A DNA stretch of 64,000 nt, from NCBI GenBank assembly GCA_964464495.1, contig CAYXGI010000002.1:10558-74557 (forward strand), written 5' to 3'. This DNA is from an uncultured Phycisphaerales bacterium (GTDB lineage: Bacteria; Planctomycetota; B15-G4; CAYZWU01). Each line of letters opens with the position of its first letter. Position 1 is the first letter of the stretch. The notes beneath the pieces were generated by a model that was not told where the DNA came from, searched no databases, and saw only the letters and a program-made list of their open reading frames with translations. A program made the translations under genes and the position numbers. Of the stretch, positions 1-9,212 are shown piece by piece.

Positions 1-1
1 T

Positions 2-1210
2 CCGGTCTGGAACAAGCGTGAGGGAGCACAATCGGGCCCCCTCGGAATCGTCGCGGGCGGACCGTCCCTGGCCCATTTGCGGGACATCTTGAAGGAACGG
101 GCTCTGGAACTCCCGCTGCTGGCGGTGGGAATGAGTTATCCTCTCGATCATGGCCTGCTCGACGAATTCGCCCGCTCCTACGACCGTGTACTGGTTCTCG
201 AGGAACCCGAAGACGCGGTCGAGAGCCAGTTCACCGACCGGAGCGACCTTCTCGGACGTCGGTCGGGCCACGTGCCATCAGCAGGAGAAATAACACCTGA
301 GAAGGTGGAATCCATTCTCGATCGCGCCCTCAAGGAAACGGGTCTTTCTGCAGCAATCCCAGGCAAGGACGATGGCGCGCTGGGCGACCTGGAAGCGGCG
401 ATAGAAAATCTCTCCCTCTCACCACGGCGGCCGACGCTCTGCGCTGGATGCCCCCACCGCGCATCGTTCTTCGCGATCCGCAAGGCGATCCCGCGCGCCA
501 TCTACACGTCGGATATCGGGTGCTACACCCTCGGAATAAACCTGCGCGCCGTCGACACCTGCGTCGACATGGGCGCCGCGGTGAGCATGGCGGCCGGCTT
601 TTCCCAGGCCTATCGGCAGGATGATGAAAAGAAGACCGTGGTGGCCACCATCGGCGACTCGACCTTCTTTCACTCCGGGCTCTCGGGCCTGCTCTCGTCA
701 GTCTACACCGATGCGCGGTTCATCCTCGTGATCCTCGACAATGCCGTCACGGCCATGACCGGGATGCAGCCCACTCCAGGCACCGGCGTGCTCGCAGACG
801 GCGCAAAGGGCAACGCGATCGCGCTCGAGGACGCGGTGCGGGGAACGACGGTCGAGTTTCTCGAGGTCATCGATCCTTACGATTTCAGCGGCATGAAGCA
901 AACCCTGAAGAAGGCCGAGGAGTATATCCATTCACCCGACGGTGGTGTGGCCGTGATCATCTCCCGCGCACCTTGCCTGATCAACGAGAAGAAGACTCAC
1001 GACCAGTGGGCCGGACAGCGCGTCGATGTGGACGAGACGAAATGCGAGGGATGTGGCTTGTGCGTCAAGGCGTTCGAGTGCCCGGCGCTTGTCCAGGAAG
1101 AGCCAAAGGGACCGGTTCATGTCGATCATTCTCTTTGCGTGAACTGCGCGTCCTGCGTGGTGGCTTGCAAGGAAGAGGCGATCGTTCTCAGAGATAACCG
1201 AGTTTCTTGA
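2..1210 (+). CDS. iorA: Indolepyruvate:ferredoxin oxidoreductase alpha subunit, 5'-truncated by window edge
   Basis: Frame is open from position 2. Contains RRPTLCAGCPHR, SDIGCYTLG, the TPP motif GDSTFFHSG...LDN, AMTGMQP and two C-terminal 4Fe-4S motifs (CEGCGLC..C, CVNCASC..C). Confidence 0.92.
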   Translation, partial: PVWNKREGAQSGPLGIVAGGPSLAHLRDILKERALELPLLAVGMSYPLDHGLLDEFARSYDRVLVLEEPEDAVESQFTDRSDLLGRRSGHVPSAGEITPEKVESILDRALKETGLSAAIPGKDDGALGDLEAAIENLSLSPRRPTLCAGCPHRASFFAIRKAIPRAIYTSDIGCYTLGINLRAVDTCVDMGAAVSMAAGFSQAYRQDDEKKTVVATIGDSTFFHSGLSGLLSSVYTDARFILVILDNAVTAMTGMQPTPGTGVLADGAKGNAIALEDAVRGTTVEFLEVIDPYDFSGMKQTLKKAEEYIHSPDGGVAVIISRAPCLINEKKTHDQWAGQRVDVDETKCEGCGLCVKAFECPALVQEEPKGPVHVDHSLCVNCASCVVACKEEAIVLRDNRVS

Positions 1211-1706
1211 GAGCGGCCTTTTCCTCGTCGGTCTCGGCGCGCTTGATGAGGTTTTCCTTGTAGTTGTCGAATTTGGTACCGACATCGGGGTACTTTGCTT
1301 TGGCGAACCCTATGATATCCGTCATGATCAGCACGGGAGCATTGGCTCTATCCATTTCATTGGTCACAGCGAGTGCGTGTTTGTACGAATTCGGTTTGGC
1401 CATCTCGTCGGCGAAGTCCTTCTCCAGTGCAAGAAAGCTAACCTTGGCTTCCTCGTGGAGTCCGAGTTGAACCTGGCACTTGACCGACTCTAGAGCAGCC
1501 TTGAATCGCTTGTCCTGGGCAACCTCGCCATCTCCCTTCCAGTCGAGCAGTTCCTGGTATAGCTTGAACGCTTCTTCGTAGTCTTGGGCCGCCATGGCCT
1601 TGTCCGCGGCTTTTTCCTGTTCGGCCGGGGTCGAGGCGCCGTTGCAGGCCGCGAAAAGGAGAAGGGACAGCAATGAGATCACGAGGGCGGTATTTTTGAG
1701 AATCAT
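1188..1706 (-). CDS. Predicted lipoprotein, TPR-like helical, C-terminal LKKLGYL tail
   Basis: ATG at 1706 gives a signal peptide with lipobox LFAA-C; helical TPR-like segment (QDYEEAFKLYQELL); 23-nt tail-to-tail overlap with iorA. Confidence 0.75.
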   Translation of the reverse strand: MILKNTALVISLLSLLLFAACNGASTPAEQEKAADKAMAAQDYEEAFKLYQELLDWKGDGEVAQDKRFKAALESVKCQVQLGLHEEAKVSFLALEKDFADEMAKPNSYKHALAVTNEMDRANAPVLIMTDIIGFAKAKYPDVGTKFDNYKENLIKRAETDEEKAALKKLGYL

Positions 1707-2042
1707 CTTGTTCGTACTCCCGGTGACGCTAACAACCACGGATTGTGTCTCTGCCCCAAACAGGCAGAAAACTTTAATAGACCACAGGTTACATTACGGT
1801 TTTTCGACCGCTCGGACGATAGAATGAGCAGCTCATTGTACGGACTCCAGTTGGTCGATGACAGAGAGATTTTTACGAGACATCGGATTATTCGATTGGT
1901 TCCCATTGATCCGATTGCAGACTCCTTATCTTGATACACTCCCTGGCTGAACGATTGACTTGTACGGTCTTTTGAGTAAAGTTGCGCTTTTGTCCACCGC
2001 CCGGTATTCGGACTTTCGTATATGTGGTCTTTAGAGAGAATC

Positions 2043-4184
2043 ATGATTCAGAGAACACCCAAACCTCTTGTTATTCTCCTCCTGGTCGTCTGGATCAGCC
2101 TTTGTGTTTGCGACAGGGCTGATGCTTATATCGGTCCGGGAGCCGGATTCGCGTTTCTCGGCACCTTTCTCGTATTCTTCATTGCCATCGCTTTGGCGCT
2201 GGTCACGATTCTCATGTGGCCGATCCGTGCCGCGATCCGTGTTTTTTACAAGAGGCGCGCCCTGACGAAGAGCCTCGTCGACCGCGTCGTGGTCGTCGGT
2301 CTCGACGGGCTCGATCCGGCCCGCGCGAGGAAGTACATCAACGAGGGAAAACTACCAAATTTTAAGAAGCTCATGGACGAGGGCTGTTTTCATCCTCTGG
2401 CCACGACAATTCCGTCCATGTCGCCCGTTGCGTGGTCGTCGTTCCAGACCGGGGTCGATCCCTCGAAACACAACATCTTCGACTTCCTGGCACGCGACCC
2501 GAAATCCTACCTTTCCGTGCTTTCTTCGGCCGACATCAAGGACAGCGGCAATGTCTTCAAGATCGGAAAATTTAGGATCCCGCTGGGCAAGCCGCGCATC
2601 AAGCTTCTCCGGAAGGGAATTCCTTTCTGGAAGATCCTGGGCGACAAGAAAATCTTCAGCTCCATCATCCGCGTTCCCATCACTTTTCCACCGGAGAAAT
2701 TTTACGGCGTGAGCCTCTCGGCCATGTGCGTGCCCGACCTGCGCGGCACGCAAGGAACGTTCTCCTTTTACACGACGGAAAAAATAGCCGGTGACACCAC
2801 GCAAGGTGTCCGCATTCCGGTCGAATGGGACGGCGACACGATTCACGCGGAGGTCACCGGACCGCCCAACTCGCTCAAACAGGGCACGCCCGAGATGAAA
2901 GCGCCGCTGACCGTCACGGTCGACAAAACCGACGGCACGGCTCATTTCGACGTGGGCGAGGAGCCCTTCACGTTGAAGGAGAGGGAGTACTCGGACTGGA
3001 TCCATGTCATATTCAAGGCCGGTCTCGGAATCAAGGTGCGCGGATTGTGCCGCTTCTACGTGATGGAGATGGAGCCGGAGTTCAAGTGCTACATGACTCC
3101 GATTCACATCGATCCCGACAATCCCGCCCTGCCGATCTCACATCCCTTCACCTACGCGACCTATCTGTCCAAAACCTTCGGGCCCTATGCCACCCTCGGC
3201 CTCGCAGAGGACACGTGGGCGCTCAACGAACGGGTCATCGACGAGAAGGCCTTCCTCGACCAGGCGTACCTGATCCACGGCGAGCGCGAGAAGATGTTCT
3301 TCGACGCTCTCGACAAGACCAAGAAGGGCACTGTGGTCACCGTGTTCGACGCCACCGACCGGATCCAGCACATGTTCATGCGCTACACCGACCCCACCCA
3401 TCCGGCCAACCGCGACAAGGATACTGAGATCCACAAGAACGCCATCGAGGATCTCTATGTCCGCATGGACGACCTGGTGGGCCGCGTCATGAAAAAGATC
3501 GAAGGGACCAAGACCATGATGATGGTCATTTCCGACCATGGATTCAAGGTCTTCCGACGCGGCATCAATCTCAATTCGTGGCTCATGGCCAATGGCTACA
3601 TGACCATGAAGAACGGGGCCGAAGGCAGCGGCGAGTGGTTCGAGAATGTCGACTGGAGCAAGACCAAGGCCTTCGCTCTCGGTCTGTCGGGGATCTACCT
3701 CAACGTGAAGGACCGCGAATCGCGCGGCATCGTGGAACCTGGCGAGGAGGAAGCCCGCCTGAAGGAAGAGATCACCGCCGGTCTCATGAAGATCTACGAC
3801 GAAGAGGACAAGCAAGATGCGATCAACCGTATCTACGATGCGAAGAAAATATTCAACGGGCCTTACGTCTCGAACTGCCCCGACCTGCTGATCGGCTACA
3901 AGATCGGCTACCGTGCATCTTGGGATTGCGCCGTGGGCAAGGTGGACCAGACGATCATCGAGGACAATACCAAGAGCTGGAGCGGCGATCACTGCATCGA
4001 TCCGGTCCTCGTTCCGGGAATCTTTTTCTGTAACTATTCGATCGATACTGAGAAGCCGCGACTCATGGATATAGCCCCCACCATCCTGCACCTTTTCGGG
4101 GTGGCCAAGCAGCCCCACATGGATGGTGTGACGCTGATCGAGGGCAAACCGGAAAGAAAAGCACAAGCGAGCGATCGCAACTGA
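2043..4184 (+). CDS. AlkP-superfamily phosphodiesterase/nucleotide pyrophosphatase (COG3379-like) with N-terminal YIGPGAG motif and TM helix
   Basis: VVGLDGLD, TIPSMSPVAWSSFQTG, DATDRIQH, ISDHG and WSGDH metal/nucleophile motifs. Start 2043 preferred over 2022 (uncertain). Confidence 0.85.
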   Translation: MIQRTPKPLVILLLVVWISLCVCDRADAYIGPGAGFAFLGTFLVFFIAIALALVTILMWPIRAAIRVFYKRRALTKSLVDRVVVVGLDGLDPARARKYINEGKLPNFKKLMDEGCFHPLATTIPSMSPVAWSSFQTGVDPSKHNIFDFLARDPKSYLSVLSSADIKDSGNVFKIGKFRIPLGKPRIKLLRKGIPFWKILGDKKIFSSIIRVPITFPPEKFYGVSLSAMCVPDLRGTQGTFSFYTTEKIAGDTTQGVRIPVEWDGDTIHAEVTGPPNSLKQGTPEMKAPLTVTVDKTDGTAHFDVGEEPFTLKEREYSDWIHVIFKAGLGIKVRGLCRFYVMEMEPEFKCYMTPIHIDPDNPALPISHPFTYATYLSKTFGPYATLGLAEDTWALNERVIDEKAFLDQAYLIHGEREKMFFDALDKTKKGTVVTVFDATDRIQHMFMRYTDPTHPANRDKDTEIHKNAIEDLYVRMDDLVGRVMKKIEGTKTMMMVISDHGFKVFRRGINLNSWLMANGYMTMKNGAEGSGEWFENVDWSKTKAFALGLSGIYLNVKDRESRGIVEPGEEEARLKEEITAGLMKIYDEEDKQDAINRIYDAKKIFNGPYVSNCPDLLIGYKIGYRASWDCAVGKVDQTIIEDNTKSWSGDHCIDPVLVPGIFFCNYSIDTEKPRLMDIAPTILHLFGVAKQPHMDGVTLIEGKPERKAQASDRN

Positions 4185-4202
4185 GGAGAGTATCTCAAGA
4201 AG

Positions 4203-6227
4203 ATGAATTCCAAATTCACATCGACTCAATTAGTGGTGGCTGTTCTCCTTCTCCTCGGCCTCTTCACGATACTCGGCGGGTGTGGAGAGAGCGCGGAGCA
4301 CAGGGTCATCTTCGTCGCCATCGACGGCATGGATTACAAGCTCACCAGAAAATGGCTCGACGAGGGATTGCTTCCCAACCTGGCCGCCATGAAGAAGGAA
4401 GGCGACTTCCGGTCGATGGGAACGAGCATCCCGCCCGAAAGCCCGGTGGCGTGGTCCAACTTCATCAGCGGACAGAATCCGGGTGGGCACGGGATCTACG
4501 ACTTCCTGCATCACAAATGGGAAAAGGATCCTGAAACCGGAGCCACCCGCCTCATGCCCGTTGATCCGATCGTGGAGACCGAGGATGTGGGGCTCTCTCT
4601 GACCATGTTAGGGCGTTACTTCCCCCTCACCGGCGGAACGCAGATCAACATGCGTCAGGGAACGGCCTTCTGGGAGATACTCGAGGACCACGGCGTCCCG
4701 GCCACGATTTACAAGATTCCCGCCCACTACCCCCCCACCGAGACCGGACAACAGACCATGAGCGGCATGGGTACTCCCGATTTCCAGGGCGGTTACGGGA
4801 CATACTATCTCTACACCGAGGACCAGTTCGCCATCCCTGGAAATGTGACAAAGGGGGTTCTCGTGGCGAACACGATCTACGACAACGTGTTTCGCGATTT
4901 TCTCTACGGTCCGCCGAACGCCAGCATCGCCGTGGAAGAGGGCGAAATCCCCCCGGAAATGAAAGTCCCCTTCTGCGTCTATATCGATCCCGAAAGGCCG
5001 ATCGTCAAGATCGAGATCGGCGAGGACGAAGACGACGCCATTCCGGTCATTCTCGCCGAGGGCGAGTGGAGCGACTTCATCGCCGTTGACTTCGAGGTGA
5101 TCCCTTACGTAACCAATCTTTCGGGCCTTGTGCGATTCTATCTGGCCGAGGTGCGGCCGAATTTCCGGTTATTCGTCGACCCGATCAATATCGATCCTCT
5201 CTCCCCGAGCGCCGAAATCACGACGCCCTCCGGCTGGTCGGCCGAACTCGCCGACAGGTACGGTCTTTTCGAGACAAAAGGCATGCCCGAAAATACGGCG
5301 GCCTTGAAAGACGGCGTCCTCTCTTACGACGAGTACCGCGCCCACTCCATGTTGATCTACGAGAAGCGCAAGGAAATGCTCCACAAGTTCATCGAGGATC
5401 ATGACAGCGGCTTCCTCTTCTACTACTTCTGCAGTATCGACCTCGACCAGCACATGTTCTGGGCGCTCATGGACGAGAAACATCCCTTCCACGACAAGAA
5501 CGAGTCCGATTACAACAAGAACTTCATCAAGACCCTGTATCAGGATATCGACGGCGTCATCGGCGAGGTCCGCCGCAACTTGCGCGAAGGGGACACTCTC
5601 ATCGTCATGTCCGATCATGGATTCGCGCCCTTTTACCGGACCTTCAACCTCAATTCGTGGCTTCTCGAAAAGGGTTACCTCCATCTCAAGGAGGGCGCGG
5701 ACAGGGCCAAGCTCGACGAGCTCGATTTCGACGACGTCGACTGGTCGCGCACCCAGGCATACGGCATCGGTTTCGCGAGCCTCTACCTGAACGTCGTGAA
5801 GCGCGATCCCGAGGGGATCGTGAAGCCGGCAGAGGTGGACAGCCTGGTCGACGAGATCTGCGGCAGGCTGATGACCGAGAAGGATCCCGAAAACGGAGAG
5901 CCGCTTTTTTACACGATGTACAAGGGCCGCGAGGTCTACGACGGAGCGGCGATCGAGAACGCTCCCGATATGGTTGTCGGCTTCTTCAGTGGATACGGTG
6001 TGTCGGACAAGTCCGCGCTGGGCGAGTTCTCGAGCGAGATCCTCCAGGACAACATGAACCCATGGAGCGGCAACCATCTCATGGCCGCCGAGGAGGTCCC
6101 CGGCATCCTCTTTGTAAACAAGAAGATGATCCTCGACGAACCCAAACTTTACGACCTCACCGTCACAATTCTCAAAGAATACGGTGTCGAAAAAACACCC
6201 GAGATGATCGGCAAGCCGATCTGGTAG
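4203..6227 (+). CDS. Second COG3379-like AlkP-superfamily enzyme, predicted lipoprotein
   Basis: Lipobox LGG-C; AIDGMD, SIPPESPVAWSNF, IDLDQH, MSDHG and WSGNH motifs; GAGGAG RBS upstream; paralogous to the preceding gene. Confidence 0.85.
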   Translation: MNSKFTSTQLVVAVLLLLGLFTILGGCGESAEHRVIFVAIDGMDYKLTRKWLDEGLLPNLAAMKKEGDFRSMGTSIPPESPVAWSNFISGQNPGGHGIYDFLHHKWEKDPETGATRLMPVDPIVETEDVGLSLTMLGRYFPLTGGTQINMRQGTAFWEILEDHGVPATIYKIPAHYPPTETGQQTMSGMGTPDFQGGYGTYYLYTEDQFAIPGNVTKGVLVANTIYDNVFRDFLYGPPNASIAVEEGEIPPEMKVPFCVYIDPERPIVKIEIGEDEDDAIPVILAEGEWSDFIAVDFEVIPYVTNLSGLVRFYLAEVRPNFRLFVDPINIDPLSPSAEITTPSGWSAELADRYGLFETKGMPENTAALKDGVLSYDEYRAHSMLIYEKRKEMLHKFIEDHDSGFLFYYFCSIDLDQHMFWALMDEKHPFHDKNESDYNKNFIKTLYQDIDGVIGEVRRNLREGDTLIVMSDHGFAPFYRTFNLNSWLLEKGYLHLKEGADRAKLDELDFDDVDWSRTQAYGIGFASLYLNVVKRDPEGIVKPAEVDSLVDEICGRLMTEKDPENGEPLFYTMYKGREVYDGAAIENAPDMVVGFFSGYGVSDKSALGEFSSEILQDNMNPWSGNHLMAAEEVPGILFVNKKMILDEPKLYDLTVTILKEYGVEKTPEMIGKPIW

Positions 6228-6243
6228 AAATGGAGAAAATACA

Positions 6244-6435
6244 ATGTTCGGTTCCAAGATAAAAATCGACAAGGACCTGCTGGAGAAGATCAAGAAGTTC
6301 GCGTCGATCGCGGGATATTCTTCTCCGGAAGAGTTTGTCCATCACGCTCTCGAAAAGGAAATCGCCAAGCTCGAGGAATCGGACTCGGACGAGGACATCA
6401 AGAACAAGCTCAAGGGATTGGGTTACATTTCCTGA
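6244..6435 (+). CDS. Small protein, ribbon-helix-helix-like N-terminus, LKGLGYIS tail
   Basis: GGAGA RBS; in operon; IKIDKDLLEKIKKFA...YSSPEEFVHHALEKEI resembles the CopG/RHH pattern. Confidence 0.75.
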   Translation: MFGSKIKIDKDLLEKIKKFASIAGYSSPEEFVHHALEKEIAKLEESDSDEDIKNKLKGLGYIS

Positions 6436-6500
6436 TCCGTCGCGAAACAAACGCGCAAGCTCGTGGGATGAATCGGAAGTATCGCTAACCAGGAAACGCC

Positions 6501-7382
6501 ATGTCCATATTCAACGCGATCATGAACAGCCTCTTCGACGTGATTCTCTTTCCCTTCAAGGGAATGGCGCCCGTTGTGGGGCTCACCGTCTTCTCTATCC
6601 TCGCGGGGATCTTGCTTCTCCTTCTCTACAAGTACACCTCGCCTCAGAAGAGGATCAAGGCGGTCAAGGCCCGAATCAAGGCCGGATTGCTGGCGATCCG
6701 CATCTTCAAGGATGACCTCGGAGTACTCTCGGGCGCGATCGGGCGCCTCTTCTTGAAGGACATCCCCCATTACCTCGGCTGCAACTGCCTCCCGCTCGTG
6801 CCGCTCATCATCATCGTTGTTCCCATGCTGGTGCAGCTCGATTCGAGATACGGTTTCGCACCTTTCGAGGCGGGCGACCGGTTTGTTCTCGAGGTGACCC
6901 TTTCGAAGGAGGCTTTTTCGGCCACCGACGGTTCGGCGGCGGGCGCCGATCCGAAAACGGCGATCCTTGGCGACGTGGTGCTTGAACTGCCCGAAGGCCT
7001 CATCGTCGAATCGGGTCCCGTGCGAATCCCGGAAAAGGGAGAGGTCGCCTACCGCATCAGAATCGATCGAGAAGGCGATTACGATATGAAAATTCACGCT
7101 CTGGGCGAAGAGTACACCAAGAGTCTCGCGGCGGCCGCAGATCTTCCACCTGCGATCTCGTCGGCTCGCTTCAGCGTGACCGAAACATTGGACCTGCTCG
7201 AAAATCCTGTGGAATCTGCCTGGCCGTCCGATTCAGCGATTCAGTCGGTCAAGATCCGAGATCATTCCCGAAGAGCCATGCTAGGTATTGATGGCGATTA
7301 TTTTCCGTGGGGAATAATATTCTGTCTCGTAGGACTCGCCTTTGGATTTGCACTCAAAGGCGTTTTCAAGGTCAATATCTGA
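6501..7382 (+). CDS. Membrane protein, DUF106/EMC3/TMCO1-like architecture with an inserted soluble domain
   Basis: TM1, basic amphipathic helix (SPQKRIKAVKARIK), TM2, about 150-aa soluble domain, C-terminal TM (PWGIIFCLVGLAFGFALKGVFKV). Family assignment is inference. Confidence 0.65.
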   Translation: MSIFNAIMNSLFDVILFPFKGMAPVVGLTVFSILAGILLLLLYKYTSPQKRIKAVKARIKAGLLAIRIFKDDLGVLSGAIGRLFLKDIPHYLGCNCLPLVPLIIIVVPMLVQLDSRYGFAPFEAGDRFVLEVTLSKEAFSATDGSAAGADPKTAILGDVVLELPEGLIVESGPVRIPEKGEVAYRIRIDREGDYDMKIHALGEEYTKSLAAAADLPPAISSARFSVTETLDLLENPVESAWPSDSAIQSVKIRDHSRRAMLGIDGDYFPWGIIFCLVGLAFGFALKGVFKVNI

Positions 7383-7394
7383 GACTCTGCTCGC

Positions 7395-8996
7395 TCAGCT
7401 GACCTTTGTCCCCTCCCCGTCGACGAGGCAGCGATAGGTCTTCTCGATACGATCCCAGTTGTACTCGCGATCGAGCGCCCAGAAGCGTCCCATCACGGAG
7501 ACCACTTTGCCCACACCGAGCTTCCTGCCCTCCTCTTCCACATCGCGGATGTAGGCGGCGCCCGCCTCGGGACGCTCGCCGCGGCGGCCGAGGAGAGAGT
7601 GGATATAGACCTCGTTGACTCCGTGATCGCTCGCCATTTTCATCAGCTCGATGAGGTGGTGGAGTGAACCGTGGGAGGAATAAAAGGAGACGATGCCCAG
7701 AAGGTGGAGCGGCTTGTTCTCCTTCTTCGCTCCCTCGATAGCCCAGAGGAAAGCGGGATTGGCTGCGTAACTCCCGTCTTCGAGGGCGCGGTCGATGCGC
7801 AGTCGATCGGAATAGACAACCCGTCCGACACCGATGTGAAGGTGGCCGGCCTCGGAATTTCCCACGGTGCCCTCGGGCATGCCGACGGCTTCGCCCGAGG
7901 CGGCGATCGCCGCGAAAGGTTTCTCGGCGATGTAGCTGTCCATGTTGGGAGAGTGTGCCTCGACGATCAGGTTTCCCTCTTTCTCCTCGCGATAGCCCCA
8001 GCCGTCGGCGATCATCAGAAGCGCCTTGCGCTTCGGCTTCTCGAACTGGACCTTTCCCGTTGCAGAATCGAAGAAAGACTCTCCCGTCATCTCGGCCGGT
8101 TGCCCGATACCCATGATTTCCAGAATCGTGGGAGCCACGTCGGTAAGCGAACCGCTCTTGCGCAGGACAGGAGGCTGGCCATCCACTGTCCCCTTTCCAA
8201 TGTAAATGAAGGGGACGAGGCTGTCGGTGTGACCTGTGTCGACCTTGCCGTCAGGATAGAGCCAACGCTCGGCAGAGCCGTGATCAGCGGTGATCACCAC
8301 CTCTCTCCCCGCCTTCCGTGCGGCGTCCACCACTCTTCCAACACAGCCATCGACCGTCTCGACCGCGGTGATGACAGCGTCGCGGTTTTCGATGTGGCCG
8401 ACCACGTCCACATTGGCGAAATTGGCGATGATCAGATCGTGTTCGTCGTCATCGATGGCGCCGACGACAGTGTCGCAGACTTCCTCGACCGACATCTTGG
8501 GATGCTGCGAGAAGTCGTCCACTTTCAGTGAATGAGTAAATCGGTGTTCCTCGCCCTCGTGAGGATTCTCACGCTTCCCATTGAGAAAGTAGCCGAGGTG
8601 AACGGCTTTCTCCGTTTCCACGACCTTCAGTGTCTTCAATCCCGCTTTACTGACCATCTCCACCAAGGTATTCACCGGCACCTGCTGGGGTTCGAAGGCA
8701 ACCTTGACATCGAGCTTCTTGTCGTACTCGATCATCGTGACAAAACGGGATGTCAGGCCACCCGTGTCGAAATGAGTGAAAGCTGGATCGGTCAGGCACT
8801 CTGTCAGCTGAATCTCTCGTTCGCCGCGGATATCATAAAAGATGACGTAGTCTCCGTCCTGAATCCGCCCGACGGGCCTGCCCTTCTCGTCGGCGAGAAG
8901 GATGGGATTCATCGCCTCATCTTCCTCGCCTGCCCTGTAGACGTTGAGAACCGCTTTGGCCATGGGGGTATCGATTTTATTGCTTGTCTCTGTCAT
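7395..8996 (-). CDS. gpmI: 2,3-bisphosphoglycerate-independent phosphoglycerate mutase-like protein, circularly permuted
   Basis: All iPGM motifs present (ETEK, NVDVVGH, TADHG, TGHT, DVAPTIL..EMTG, ADGWG, GNSEAGH, GRFWALDRE) but the canonical C-terminal part precedes the canonical N-terminal part. Confidence 0.88.
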   Translation of the reverse strand: MTETSNKIDTPMAKAVLNVYRAGEEDEAMNPILLADEKGRPVGRIQDGDYVIFYDIRGEREIQLTECLTDPAFTHFDTGGLTSRFVTMIEYDKKLDVKVAFEPQQVPVNTLVEMVSKAGLKTLKVVETEKAVHLGYFLNGKRENPHEGEEHRFTHSLKVDDFSQHPKMSVEEVCDTVVGAIDDDEHDLIIANFANVDVVGHIENRDAVITAVETVDGCVGRVVDAARKAGREVVITADHGSAERWLYPDGKVDTGHTDSLVPFIYIGKGTVDGQPPVLRKSGSLTDVAPTILEIMGIGQPAEMTGESFFDSATGKVQFEKPKRKALLMIADGWGYREEKEGNLIVEAHSPNMDSYIAEKPFAAIAASGEAVGMPEGTVGNSEAGHLHIGVGRVVYSDRLRIDRALEDGSYAANPAFLWAIEGAKKENKPLHLLGIVSFYSSHGSLHHLIELMKMASDHGVNEVYIHSLLGRRGERPEAGAAYIRDVEEEGRKLGVGKVVSVMGRFWALDREYNWDRIEKTYRCLVDGEGTKVS

Positions 8997-9212
8997 GATC
9001 AGACTCTCTCAAATGTTCTTCTGAATCGCGTTTAGGAACCACGAAAATGGAAGGCTCATCATAATTATGATTCGTCGAACTTCAACCTCCCAACCTTGAG
9101 TATTTAGCCGATAAATCTTGTTCGCCCATAAATAGTGCCGAAGCGCGTTGACGATCGAAGCGGGGTTGATTATCGTTCCTCTATCACAGGATGGACTGAA
9201 GAAAGGCTGAGT

